From contig MCFE01000407.1 in the NCBI GenBank assembly GCA_002104905.1, forward strand, positions 1-64,000: a stretch of DNA of 64,000 nucleotides, written 5' to 3'. Within the stretch, counting starts at the first letter, position 1. Every line of letters begins with the position of its first letter. The DNA comes from Basidiobolus meristosporus CBS 931.73 (taxonomy: Eukaryota > Fungi > Basidiobolomycota). Position numbers and translations under genes: made by a program. Shown one piece after another: positions 23,771 to 35,925 of this stretch. The notes under the pieces are model-generated. The model ran no database searches. It was given only the letters and a program-made list of their open reading frames with translations, and was not told the DNA's origin.

Positions 23771-25677
23771 GTTGTGGATGAAAGTACTCTAATCCCATTA
23801 TGGAACTTGGTTGGAGTTCTCTAGACTTCCAGGTAATGCTCTTGGTGACTAAGTTAGGTGAATATTGAGGTGCAATTCCAAGTCTTTAAAACACTCCCAC
23901 TCAACTAAATACTCATAGTCACTAGTCCAATTGTTATTGAGATCTCAATTGGTTTCTAGCTAATGGTTTGGTAAATATGTCTTCAACCATTTCATCTGAA
24001 GGAAAGTAAGCTAGATTAACTGGGTTACTCACTAGTAGCTTCACATGTCAAATGATGTTTGACATCTATGTGCCTAGACCCAGCATGAAAAGATGGATTT
24101 CTACCTAATTGTATACAATCTTAATAACTTAAAATAATGCAGTAGGGGCTTTTTGACGCAAGCCTAAGTCTTGAAAAGCTTTCTTAACCACATTACTGCT
24201 TTAGTTGCTTCAAATGGTGTCATATACTCTGTCTCTGCGGTGGATAGTGCTATAGTTGGTTTCATTCTTGAGTTCCATCACATTGCTCCTTTACATTCTC
24301 TAAGAAAGAAAGATTAAGAAAAGGCCAGCCAAATACCACCATAATATTGGCTGAATTTCAAATTTCTCAAAGCTGACAACTCTCAATACACTAGAGTACT
24401 AGCTATTAGTTGGGTAAGTGGACATATTCTCCAAGAGGAGACCAGGTTGACTAGCATTTGTGCCAAGCTTGATAGCTACCCACCGACTACTTCCATTATA
24501 AGTATAACTGAAAATTTGAGCAGAAAACATCAGCTGAATTCCAGCAAAATACCATTAGAACACCAGCAGAATACTGGCTGAGATTCAGAGGAATTCATGT
24601 TTGAGATCTTTTGAAGGGAATTCTCTCACTTTGTGATCCCAGACCTTCAAGTTACCTCCTACATTTATATACATTTGTTGGCTATTGCCTCTCTTCCACA
24701 CTCCTTACTTTCTAACTCAACCAATGATCCTACTTTTTATGCATACAAACTAGTCTATTTCCATTGAATCATCAGTTGTAGCTCAACTGACTCTAGGGCT
24801 GATTCAAGGCCCTGGAACTTGTCCCTCAGGCTACTCAGGATGGTAATTATCACATTGACTTCAGTGGTTTGTACACTCACATATTCCATCTCATTAGCCA
24901 ACAGGGTAGCTCTTTTAAATAGATTTTTCATTTATTCTCCTAGCCACATCTTTGCAGTAGAGAATTTGCATCTAAGATATGTTTTCTTAGCAGCAGTAGC
25001 ATCAATGGTAGGTGTCTTCTAATGCATTCCAGGAATTTTTTGCCATTTTACACTTGAGTGTTGAATCAGCAATTTGACTTCAACATTAAGGCAAAACACA
25101 CTTGAAGACACTTTGTTCTTTACTCTGGTATTTAAGGCTTCCTCTCCCACACTTTTAGGAGGGCATTCTTCCTCCAAAACAATATCCCAAAGGCCTCTTT
25201 CCTGCAGTCACATCTTCATCTTCACAATCAAGACTTAGTGTTAGATCTATCCCACTATTCAGCCAACAGAAAAATACTGGTAATAGTAGTGGTAGACATT
25301 GCCAAGAGTGACAGTTTGGGGTTTATAGCCAGTAGTAAAAGTCTTGGAGATATTAGAAGTGATTTGGATAACAAGTATATTATCTGGTGTCACTTTAATC
25401 ATTTATTGAATATAAAAGCTGTATTTATACTTCAATATGATCTTGGCAAAGCAAGCACAAAGGGTTTGCTAGGAAAGGTCTCAAGAACAAGTATGCAAAG
25501 TTAAGGGCTGTTTGGACAACTTTGAAAATTAAATATTCTGAGAACCTAATGTTTTGGTTAAAGTATCTAGGTAAATCCCAACAAGAAGTTTGGTCAGTAT
25601 CCGCTAAGACTGGTAGGTAGTAATCTAGATGACTAAGTTGGGTGAATACTTAGGTAGAATTACAAATTATATCAACT
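23770..25677 (-). mobile_element. Decayed, internally deleted Ty1/Copia element (LTR family 2)
   Basis: LTR-like 25335-25677 homologous to 63559-63907, degenerate PBS at ~25318-25330, gag remnants 25310-24800, RNase H remnants 24297-23900, PPT TTAGTTGAGTGGGAG and a partial 3' LTR ending at 23893. Confidence 0.7.
24298..24618 (+). mobile_element. ~320-bp MITE, copy 1 (degenerate CCCTA-type termini)
   Basis: Colinear with 32450-32768 over its full length; ends CTCTAAGAAAG...TTTTGAAGGG. Confidence 0.75.
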
Positions 25678-25789
25678 GGAGCAAGGAGCTAGATATTCAA
25701 GTACCTAATGCTATGAGAGCACATTTTGGCTCATAGTCAAGTGTGTCTAGGACAGTCTCATAAATGAGACACCAAACCAATAAGAATAT

Positions 25790-26240
25790 AAGATCAAATA
25801 ATCATCCAGCATAATAAGCATGAATATACAGTTGATCATGACCCACCATGGTTAGCATTATAAATAAAGCTGTGGCATCACATACACACATATATATGAC
25901 TCTGTTTCCCATTTGGTTTGACTCACTTGACTTTATTTGCCACCAAAAAATAAAGCAAAGGTGTCTGGTTCCCAACAAAACCCCACCACAAATATGAGCA
26001 GCAAAATGGTTGGCCAACAGCTTGCCTTGACATTTGGTGCAACAAGCAGGGCTACATCCACAAAAGGCAGATGGATAGTGTGCATACTGAAGGTCATAGC
26101 AAACACTGCTCAGGCTCCCAATCAAGTGGGTAGTGGAGAATTCTTGGGGAGCCACAAGCAGACCATAATGCTCAGGCAGAAGAGAATCTAGCAAACACAG
26201 TACCTCTGCTTGCACATCAGCCAATAACTGCCATGACATC
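25790..26240 (+). repeat. Dispersed repeat with decayed ORF (MPPKNKAKVSG..QLALTFGATSRATS), also at ~33370-33795
   Basis: The two segments align, e.g. CTTGCCTTGACATTTGGTGCAACAAGCAGGGCTACATCC vs CTTGCTTTAACATTCAGTGCAACAAGTGAGGCTACATCC. Confidence 0.6.
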
Positions 26241-26620
26241 CCCTATGAAAAATAAATGTGATGATCCCATAAAAAGACTATCATAAGACTTAAATTTTGT
26301 GACTAAGCGGTAGTGATGCTATGAGGATACCTTACAAAAACCACTGGAGAAATTGCACCTGAGATTTCACAAATAACCTGGTCAAGATTTGCTATCACAT
26401 CACTACCTAAGTTGCATTTGATTGGTTTCCTGCCATTTCTTGCACTGTCTGATCTTTGACCCTCAATCACCTCCTATGTTTGTGCACATTGGTTGGCTAT
26501 TGCCTTTTTTCACACTCCTTACTTCCTGACACAACCATTGCTTTTACTTTTCATGCAACCAAGTTGGTTTATATTTGTTGAATATTCAACTGTAACTCAA
26601 TTATAGATGGAACAGACTTA
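26241..26620 (+). mobile_element. CACTA/CMC element terminus (CCCTATGAAAAA) and subterminal region; related copies at 24620-24790, 49509-49760, 50567-50920
   Basis: CCCTA fits the CMCWR terminal consensus. The shared downstream sequence (ATGATCCC..GTGACTAAG.GGTA; CTATTGCCT..CACACTCCTTACTT) recurs in all copies. Confidence 0.6.
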
Positions 26621-27139
26621 TGCAAGTCCCTTATGAAAAGTAACTTGGTTCTGCATATGGATCTAATCCCAATTAGCTGGCAAAATCTTGCCATAAGAAC
26701 ATCAAAATGCCGCTGGAACTATTGACTCTGTTCACAATCTTGTGGCAGGATTGTAAGCAGTTAATATTCCTGAGTTGGGGAATAAGCTTGAGAGTACCTT
26801 TATGGTCTTTTGGCAGGACTTGAATTGCATTCTGATGGTCTTACTACAGTATGCATGTATTTGAGCAGGCATTGCTGGCCAATCTATAGAATGCCTTATA
26901 CAGAAAAGAAGCTAGACAGTTTTCTGATTGCCTCAATGCAAACTTCTGTTGTCATTTATCCAGCAGTCAGCAGCATACAGCGGTTCCTTCTTAATGCTAC
27001 TGCATTGATTTACTAAGTCCTATTTCAGCTTTCTACCTCTACTTGGACCATTCATATATTCCACTGTAGAGTCATGCTTTTTTATTTGCTTACTCTTGCT
27101 ACCATAGGTATATTGCATTTTAAGAGTTCACTTATTTTT

Positions 27140-27450
27140 GTCATGATCAGTGACTGGTACTCCCACTTCATGGATTGTTGTCACAGAGTTGCATACAGAC
27201 TCTGTATTGCCTGTTCCAGAATCTGAGGTTTTGCACATAAGGCATGGTAAGGTTCTTTATGATCATTGCACATCTGCCACCCAAATCCAGGGGCATTTCT
27301 TATGTAGATAGATCTCTTAACTGGGATAATCTGCGCTGATCTGTAACTGGCAAAAGATCCTTTTGTATCTTCCTGTACTACATTTGTATCTTCTTCATTA
27401 GTGGTTATTGCATTGCCAGAAAGTTGGCCAATAAGTGGCTTTCTGATCTA
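27140..27450 (-). mobile_element. Fragment of Copia family 1 (integrase-RT junction)
   Basis: Aligns with ~57740-57980 and with the reverse complement of ~44480-44740. Confidence 0.6.
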
Positions 27451-27779
27451 AATCCTCCTCAAATACAATGCTCCTGCTCTAGACCAGTCTCTGAATTTTA
27501 CTATCATATACTCTATGCCCTCTACTGACTTCACAATATGCTATGAAGGTAATTTGGCCACACAGGTAGATTCAATCTGCAGTAGTCATCAGGATCTCAA
27601 AATGAGGTTGTCATAATGCAGGCAGCATGGAATTATTGATCCTCTGACATGATCATATGGTAGGATTGTGACAGCTCTGTGCCAAGGTTACTGCAAAATA
27701 AAGTTAAAAACTTAACAATATACTAACCACAGGCCTAATATTCTGAATGCACCATTTAAGATAGAGTAGTGAGTGAATA

Positions 27780-28300
27780 CAGTAGTGGCAGAGACCTATA
27801 CATTCTGGTCTATGCTAGTAGATCAGTGCCCAAATCTGGTCACAAACCCCTTGCATATATGCTATCAGATGAGCATATTGGCTTTCATGATCCACTTCTG
27901 GATAAGTATTCTCACAATGTCAACATATAACTCACAATGCTTCCAATATACTCTTGGTAGAAATGGCTTCAGATGATCACTTGAGTAAGTATGTATGCAG
28001 CTCATCCAGTCCTTGCATTTGTATCTTTACATATGCAAAGAAATACTGATTGGAACTTGTAAGAAGTACTTTAGGGAGTGAGTACTTTGCAATATCTTGC
28101 CAGTTCTTTCAGATGTCTCCAGTATCTTGAAGGGCTCATCAAGCTTGAAAAGCCGCATATACAACTTGGGCATTAGCAGATGGATATTGTTGAAGAGCAA
28201 GTGCATTTCTCCCAGTGGAAAGCTGTTGCTCTGGCAGATTCCCTCTATCTGAAATATATCTTGTTTTTGATTAGTTTTGGATTTGGACCAATGGCTTATA
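27780..28300 (-). mobile_element. CACTA-type transposase C-terminal remnant
   Basis: Minus-strand reading YKCKDWMSCIHTYSSDHLKPFLPRVYWKHCELYVDIVRIL resembles the post-catalytic region of Tnp2 proteins. Homologous to ~48300-48600. Confidence 0.5.
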
Positions 28301-31300
28301 GCTTACTAGCTTTGCTGCAAATGCAAGTGACCTTTGGGATATTGTCATGGTAGGAGGATGCCTCCCAAAAGTTTGAGGGAGGAAGCCTCAAAGCTCCAGT
28401 AGAAGGAACATAGTGCATTCAACTGCACTTGCCTTAATGTCAAAGACCAACTATTAATTCAATGCTCAAGCGCAAAAGTGGCAAAGAATGCCTAGAAGGC
28501 ATTAGAAGACACATACCAGTCATGTTCAGCTGCTAAGAAAATGTATCTCAGATGAGAATTCTTTACTGCTAAAATGCCACCAAGAGAAGAAATGAAAAAT
28601 CTATTTACCAGAGTTGCTCTGCTGGAAGGTGAGATGAAATCTGTGGGTGTACCAACTATGGATGAGAATGTGATAGTAACTATCCTGAATAACCTGACAG
28701 ACAGGTTTCAGCTCCTTGCATCAGCCCTGCAGTCCAGAACTGAAGATTTGACCATAAACTATATTCATAGAAGGCTCCTGGATGACAAATCTAGAAAATA
28801 AAGTGCCAATAAGAAGCAAGACCAAAATGCTGCAATTAGCAGTGATCACCAACAACACAGGTATCCAAGACCCTTTAGAGGCAATAGCAACCTGTTTTGC
28901 AACTACTGCAAAAGGAATGAGCACACATCATTCCTGTACTTCAAAAAGAGAGATAGTTGGTACAAAGAGCCTGAATATGGGAATGCTTCAACTATAAAAG
29001 ATAGACAATGCATATCTGCAACGGATATGACCACAAACAAGGATTTTCAAGCATGGTAAATTGGCTTTGGAACATCTTAGCTTTTTTACAACAAAAGGAG
29101 CTTTGTACCCAATATTAAGAAATTCCTTTTAAGAAGGTTTTCCTGGGTGACAATTGAATATTTGATGCAGTGGGAGGAAAAAATATTCAGTAGAACCTTA
29201 GAAGCAGTAAAGGAGGCCACATGCTTACCTACAAAAAAGTACTCTATGTACTAGAAATAGCCAATAACCTACTATCTGTAAGCAAGCCCATAGCAGAAGG
29301 ACGCAGTTTAAGCTTTGACAATTTTGGATGCAGGATCACATATCAGAATGGTGCCCATATTGCTTTGAGTATAAAAGATTGGAATCTGCACAAGCTGACT
29401 AATAATCAATCATATATGGAAGCCAACATAAGTAACTTGAGCAACAGAAAACCAATGCCTTGGCACAGGATATCTGGACACATCAATTTTGATTGTTTGC
29501 ACAAAATGATCAAAGATCATCATCTGGAGTAAAAATTGTTCCCCCAGCTGATTTGGAGCACTGTGGAGCCTGTATATACAAGAAACTAGCCAGACAATCA
29601 CTCAAGAGCACTGTGTTCATCAAAGCTCAGAAACAATCAGATTTAATGCACTCAGCTCTGGTGCGGACCTATGCAATGTTTATTCCTAAGCAGAATGAAG
29701 TATTGAATCACATTTATTGATGATTACAGAAGATACATGTGGGTCTACCTCATGAAAAGAAAGAAAGAAGCTCCATGTAAGCTGAGGGAGCTTAAAGCCC
29801 TGGTTGATTGAGAAACTGATGAAAAAATCAGCAAAATATGCTCTGACAATGGTGGAGAATATATCTCAAGATCCTTCATCCACAGCAGCAAAACTCTATG
29901 GGATAAAGTAAGAAACTACCATAACATACTCCCCACAGCAAAATGATCTTTAGAATGTGCAAATAGATCAATAACTGACATGGCAAGAACTATGATCCAT
30001 GAGCAAAGATTATCCTGTGACTTTGAGATGAAATAATATGCCACAGCTGTATACCATAAGAATAGGGGTTATAGCAGAATACTTGGTAAGTATAATCCAC
30101 TTGAAGAGTGGTATGAATATAGATCAAGTGTCAAAGCATCTATGAATAGTTAGGTGTACAGTATATGCCAAGAAACTGCCTGGAATACAGTCAAAATTTG
30201 AGCCAAAAAACATAAAATGCAAATTTTTGGGCTTCTGCCACAAGAGTAAAGCATAGACACTACAATACCAAGCCAAAGAAGCATGAACAAGTCTAGGGAC
30301 TTGGTGCTTAATGAAAATTTAAAATTATCACAAAAATTGATATCAGATGATGACAGAAATCTGGTCTCAAGTTTACCAATAGTCTGGATTGAATCAGAGC
30401 AAAGCAATGAATATTTATTTACTCCAGAGAACTCTACAGTCCTTGGTGCAGCCTGAACCAGTGCTCAGAAATATCCCAGGACTGTTCATTCCAGAATTAC
30501 ATGCCAGAATATTCAACTGGATCAGAAATAGCCCAAACTACATATATCAATGAGGGTACAAACTTAGCTTGTGCCTATTTAGTGCATATTGACAAGCACC
30601 AGACTGTAAAAGAGGCCCTGAGTAGTCCTCAGACAAAGTGATGGAGATTCAAATGATTGAGGAGTATTAGGCCCTAATGGAAAATCAAACTTGAGACAAA
30701 GTCATATTACCAGTCAACCAAAAATCAATTGGAGCAGATTGGTAATCAAGACAAAATACAAGGCTGATGGCACAGTTGAAAAATGCAACAAGCTTGTGGC
30801 CAAAGAATCCTCTCAATTATCTGGACCAGAATAAACTGAAACCTTTGCACCAGTAGCCAAGTTTAAATCCATCAGCTTATTATTAGCTATTGCAGCATAA
30901 TATAAGCTCTTTATACATCAAATGGATGTGAAAACTGTATTTTGAGTGGAGAATCATGACAAAACATGTACATGGACCAGCCTGATGGGTTTGCTGGCCA
31001 GGATAGCCCCCATTTGGTTTGCAAGCTTAGAAAGACTCTATATGGTCTAAAACAATCACTAAGAGCCTGAAAATACAAGATAGATTTTAATTTGAAATCT
31101 CTGAGCTCTAGAGGAGTATGGCTAACTATAGCATTTACTATAAGCCAGATAGAGCAAATCCAGGTCTGCTAGCTCTATATGTGGATAATCCTATTATAGC
31201 CATCAATAACCTTAAAATTTGAAGAGATTAAATCCAGCCAATCTAAGGTGCTCAGGATATCTGATCTAGGAAAACTCAGTCATTACAGAGGGAAAAAGTT

Positions 31301-32825
31301 CCCCATTGGCAAAAGTATCAAGAATATCACCCTAAGCCAGTCCAGGTATATTCAAGATATATTAAAGAAGTACCAAACTAAAGACTGTAAACTGGCACTG
31401 CTCAAATGGAGACAAACCCTAACTTAGTCAAAACTCAACCAAATTAAGGGAGCTTTGTGCCATCCCAAGGCCCTGACTTTCCTTATATAGTTATGCCTGG
31501 CAATCTAATATGCATCATGCTTGGATCATGCCCTGATATGTCATACTCAGTGGGAGTTACCAGCCATCACAATCAGATCTATGGATCTGATAGTGCAGGA
31601 GTTAAGTAGATTTTGAAATACCTAAAAGGAACTGCTGATATCTGCTTTAGGCACACATATAAGGACTTGGAGCAAGATTGTATGGGATACTCTGATACTG
31701 ATTGAAGCAAAGCTTAGAAGACAGAAGATCCACTATGGGACACATCTTTCTTTACTGTGAAGCAGCAATTTCAGGGAATTCATGAAAGCAGCCAAACATA
31801 GTACTTTCTGCCACAGAGAAGAGTATATGGCAGCCAGTGAAGCTACAAAAGAGGCAATGTGGCTAAGGAAGCATTTTGAAGATTTAGGCTTATGTCAGCA
31901 AACTCCTATTGCTTAATTTTAAGATAATCCAGTGTGTGTACAATTAGGTAGATATCCAACTTTTCATGCTAGAGCTAAGCACATAGATATTAGACATAAT
32001 TTCATATGTGAAGCTATAAAGAATAACTTAGTTAACTGTCCTACATATGAAATGATTGTTGATATACTTACTAAACCATTAGCTAGAGACAAACTTGAAT
32101 ATCTTAGATCAAAATTACAACCAGTTTGTACAAACAACTAGTTGAGTGTGAGTGTTGTAAGAATTTGTAGTTTCACCTGAATGTTCACCTAACTTGGTCA
32201 TTTGGATTGTTGACTACACATCCTAGAGAATACTGACCAAATTTCTTGTTGAGATTTACTTAGAATATTCTTACCACCATGTCATATACCCAGAACATGA
32301 AAACTCTCAAAGTTATCCAAACAGCCCCAAGCTTAGCACACATGCTCTTGGGATGTTCCTAAGCCTATTCTATGTGCTTGTTATGCTAATATTATGTAAA
32401 GTATCAATACTACTTCTAAATTCTATAAATCATTAAGTGAAAACTGCATCCCTAAGAGAAAAATTGAGAAAAGGCCAGCAAAATACCATGATAGTATCAG
32501 CTGAATCCCAAGTTTCTCAAAATTGACAACTCTCAGTATCTCTGTTCTGAGCTGATGGGCAGGTAAGCAAACAAGTTCTCCACAAGGAGACTAGGCAAAC
32601 TAGCATCCATACCAAATTTGGGAATTAGCTGCCCATTACTTCCATCAAAAATTGCATTGAAATTTTGAACCCAAAACACCAGCCAAATACCAGCAAAATA
32701 CCATCAGAATACCAGCAGAATATCAGCTAAGAATCAGATGAACTCCAAGTTTGAGATTTTTCTTAGGGGCGCATGCTCTAGTAGTTTTCCTATTCACTTA
32801 CAATATCTCCAAGACTCTCACAACA
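28300..32825 (+). mobile_element. Decayed Ty1/Copia element (family 2), 5'-truncated, 3' LTR 32153-32825 interrupted by a MITE
   Basis: UBN2-type gag (28574-28801), GAG-pre-integrase WHRISGHINF, integrase, RT (HQMDVKT) and RNase H (HARAKHIDIRHNFI) in Copia order; PPT then TG...CA LTR; many stop codons. Confidence 0.85.
32450..32768 (+). mobile_element. ~320-bp MITE, copy 2, inserted in a Copia LTR
   Basis: Termini CCCTAAGAGAAAAA / TTTTTCTTAGGG; subterminal repeats of AAATACCAGC at ~32678-32727. Removing it restores the LTR seen at 63559-63907. Confidence 0.85.
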
Positions 32826-33804
32826 ATAGTATCCTTGTCACTTTTTTCTATGGGTGTTGTCTCATTGAATATTGCGATTTTGCCTGGCTCATGCAGAGCA
32901 TTTTTTTGAAGGGAGATAGGTTTACAATCCATCAATGAGCCTTCTTTTCTCAGAGCTATAACTCTGCAGACCATATTTAGAAGGCTGCAGTGAGCCAAAA
33001 GACATTGCAAACTAACTTGACTCAGTTAGCATAAGGTGCCAAGTGTGGCCAGGTGGTGATGTAGAAGTATTAAGTGACCAGCATGCTATTGTTGGTGCAG
33101 TAGTACCTGACAAATGCTCAGATATGACTTGTGTGGCTACATTCTGGCCATGACACTTATGATACTTCCTATTCAGTCTGCAAGCCTTATGGCTGAGAGG
33201 CTTGTTACAATAGACACATGTTCTCTTTCTCTTTGCTTACAGTATTGAATCAAAGTAGTCTTGTCCAAGGGGTAAACAGCTTTACACTCCACAGCATAAT
33301 GCTATTATATAACTTTTTTGTTAATTTTCAAGTGAGTCTAAGACAGTCTTGTTCATGAGATATTGTACCTATATGAGTATAAGACTCATTATGACCCACC
33401 ATAGTTGGTGTTATGAATCAAGTAATGACACCACCTACACACATACATGTAATAATATTTCCTTTGACTCACCTCCATATCTGTGCTGCTAAAAAATAAA
33501 GTAAAGCTTCTCTGGTTCTCTATCAACTCCATTCCTGACAGCAGCAGAAGAACTCTTGGACCACTGCTTGCTTTAACATTCAGTGCAACAAGTGAGGCTA
33601 CATCCAAAAGAGGCCAAGTTATCAGCATGCCCACTCAAGGTATTAATACAGAATCCTCAGGCTCTAAGTCAAGTAGGCAGCTGAGTACTTCTGCAGAGCT
33701 GCAACCTAACCATAATGCTCATGCAGATGAGAATGCAGCAAACACAGTATCTCCAATGAAAGACCAGCAAATGGCCATCATAAGCACCTAACTACTTCAA
33801 CACT

Positions 33805-35925
33805 TCAAAGGAGATACCTCTACCCAAGTTCCCCAGAAGGTCAAGACTCTCCCCTATGAAAAATCTCAAACTTGGAACTCACCTGATTATCAGCTGGTAC
33901 TCTACTGGTATTCTGACAGTATTTAGCTGGTATTCAGCCGGTGTTTTTTGCTCAAATATCCAGTTGCAATCTTTGATGGAAGTAGTGGGTAGCAAATCAC
34001 CAAATTTAGTATGAATCCTGATTGGCCTAGACTCCTCTTGGAAAATATGTCTGCTGTCTGCCCAACTGCTGGTACATGAGATAGTGATAGTTGTAAGATT
34101 TGAGAAACTTGGAATTCAGCTGATTTTATGATGGTATTCTGGTGGCCTTTTCTTATTTTTTTTCTTAGGGTTCTTGAAGGAATTTTCAGACCAGTTCCCA
34201 GATGAGCTTTTAAGCCTACCCCCAGTCAGAAATGTTAATCATTGCATTGACACAGGGGTTGGCCCTCCTGTGGGAAAGACACTTACAGAATGGGTCCATT
34301 GGAACTGGAAGAGATGCAGAGACAAATTGCTCAGCTATTAGAGCAAGGATATATGAGACCCAGCAAGTTGCTATGGTGAGTACCAGGACTTTTTGTGAGG
34401 AAGAAAGATTGAATACTTAGGATGTGCATTGACTATAGTGCCTTCAACTCAGCTACCATGAAGAATAGGAACCCTATACCTTTGATTGGTGAGCACTTGG
34501 ACCAACTTAATGAGCTACTATATTCTGCAAGTATAACCACATGTCAGGATACAACCAGTATATGGTGGAACCTGAAGATATCCCCAAGACAGCATTCAGG
34601 ACCATAAATGGGCATTATAAGTACTTAGCCATGGGTTTTGACCACACCAATGCCCCTGTAACATGCATGAATGTAATGCAAGCCATCTTCTACAAGCACT
34701 TAGACAAATTTATATTATCTATCCATATGACATACTGCTTTACAGCAAGATGGAAGAGGCTAACTTGGTACACATCAAAAAGGTCTTGAAGAAGCTAATG
34801 GTGTACAAGATATATGGCAAGTTAGCAAAGTGTAAGTTCCTTAAGTAGCATGTTGAATATCTGGGACACATAGTGGCTTGCACAGGAGTAACCCTAGACC
34901 CCAAGAAAGTAGTAGTTAGTCAAGCTTTGACATTTCACCATAGAACTGATGCAGTCACCAAGCAGCTTAGCAGATTGACTAGAAAAATACTGATCAAGTA
35001 TGCAAATGGAGCTGGCAATAGATAGGACAAGTAAATAGACCAAGGGCAATACAGCTGGGATGTCAGAGTGCAGAACACAATGCAACAATCACCATTCTAC
35101 TTAGTGTTAGAATGTTAACCAAAGATTCCAGGAGATTACACACAAACAAGGCTCACAGTCACCTAAGAGGATGAGCCTAGTCAGCCAAGTAGACACCAGA
35201 AACTGGAGCAAAGATGTCAAGACACAAAGGCCAAAGTGTCAAAAAGAGCAGAAAGTATGAAACAGAGATTTGATAGGACTATATCAGCAGAAGCATTGAC
35301 AATTGGGAACTTTGCAATGCAAAGAAACCACACTTGGAAGAAGTTTGAACCCCAGTGGTCCAGACAGTATCAGATTGTCAGGGAGCATTCATTTGCAACC
35401 TACTAGATAATGGGAAAACAAGGGAATATCCTAAAAGACTTAGTACATAAAGACCAAATCAAGCTTGCAACACTTACAGGCAGTACTGAGTCATCATGAT
35501 ATTGGTATTGCAAGAAGATAGATTCAGGAGAACCCTATCAGATATAGTAGAGGAGAATGCAATGATCTACTGCTTAAATATGCTGGTTATATTTCTGCTT
35601 AGACAAATCAATTAGTTTTGCGCTAAGCCTATCAGAAGAACAGCACAATCTACTAAAACAGTAGCATTAATCAGCAGATGAATCAGTAGAACCTTATCAA
35701 ATAGAAATAGATACATGGAGTAAGATCTAATTAAGAGATGATGATGCTACTATATGACTCATCAGCCATAGTCTACTTTAGGAAGAACAGTTTTAAGCAC
35801 CTCATCTGGCAAAGTGTATATAAGGAGCTGCCAGAGCCTCATTAAGAGTCAGTACAATTTATAGTAAATATAATACTTGCTAAACTCCCCATTCTTAAAC
35901 AACCTTTATATCAGGATTGGCAACA
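33805..35925 (+). mobile_element. Decayed, deleted Ty3/Gypsy copy related to the intact element; 3' LTR 35558-35925
   Basis: RT and integrase-end remnants align with 54000-54790 and 56090-56690. PPT AGAGGAGAA precedes a 368-bp TG...CA LTR. Confidence 0.85.
33852..34170 (-). mobile_element. ~320-bp MITE, copy 3, with 3-bp target duplication
   Basis: Termini CCCTATGAAAAA / TTTTCTTAGGG. Flanks CTC and TTC; removing the element and one flank restores GACTCTCTTGAAG as in the intact Ty3 (~54037-54049). Confidence 0.85.
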
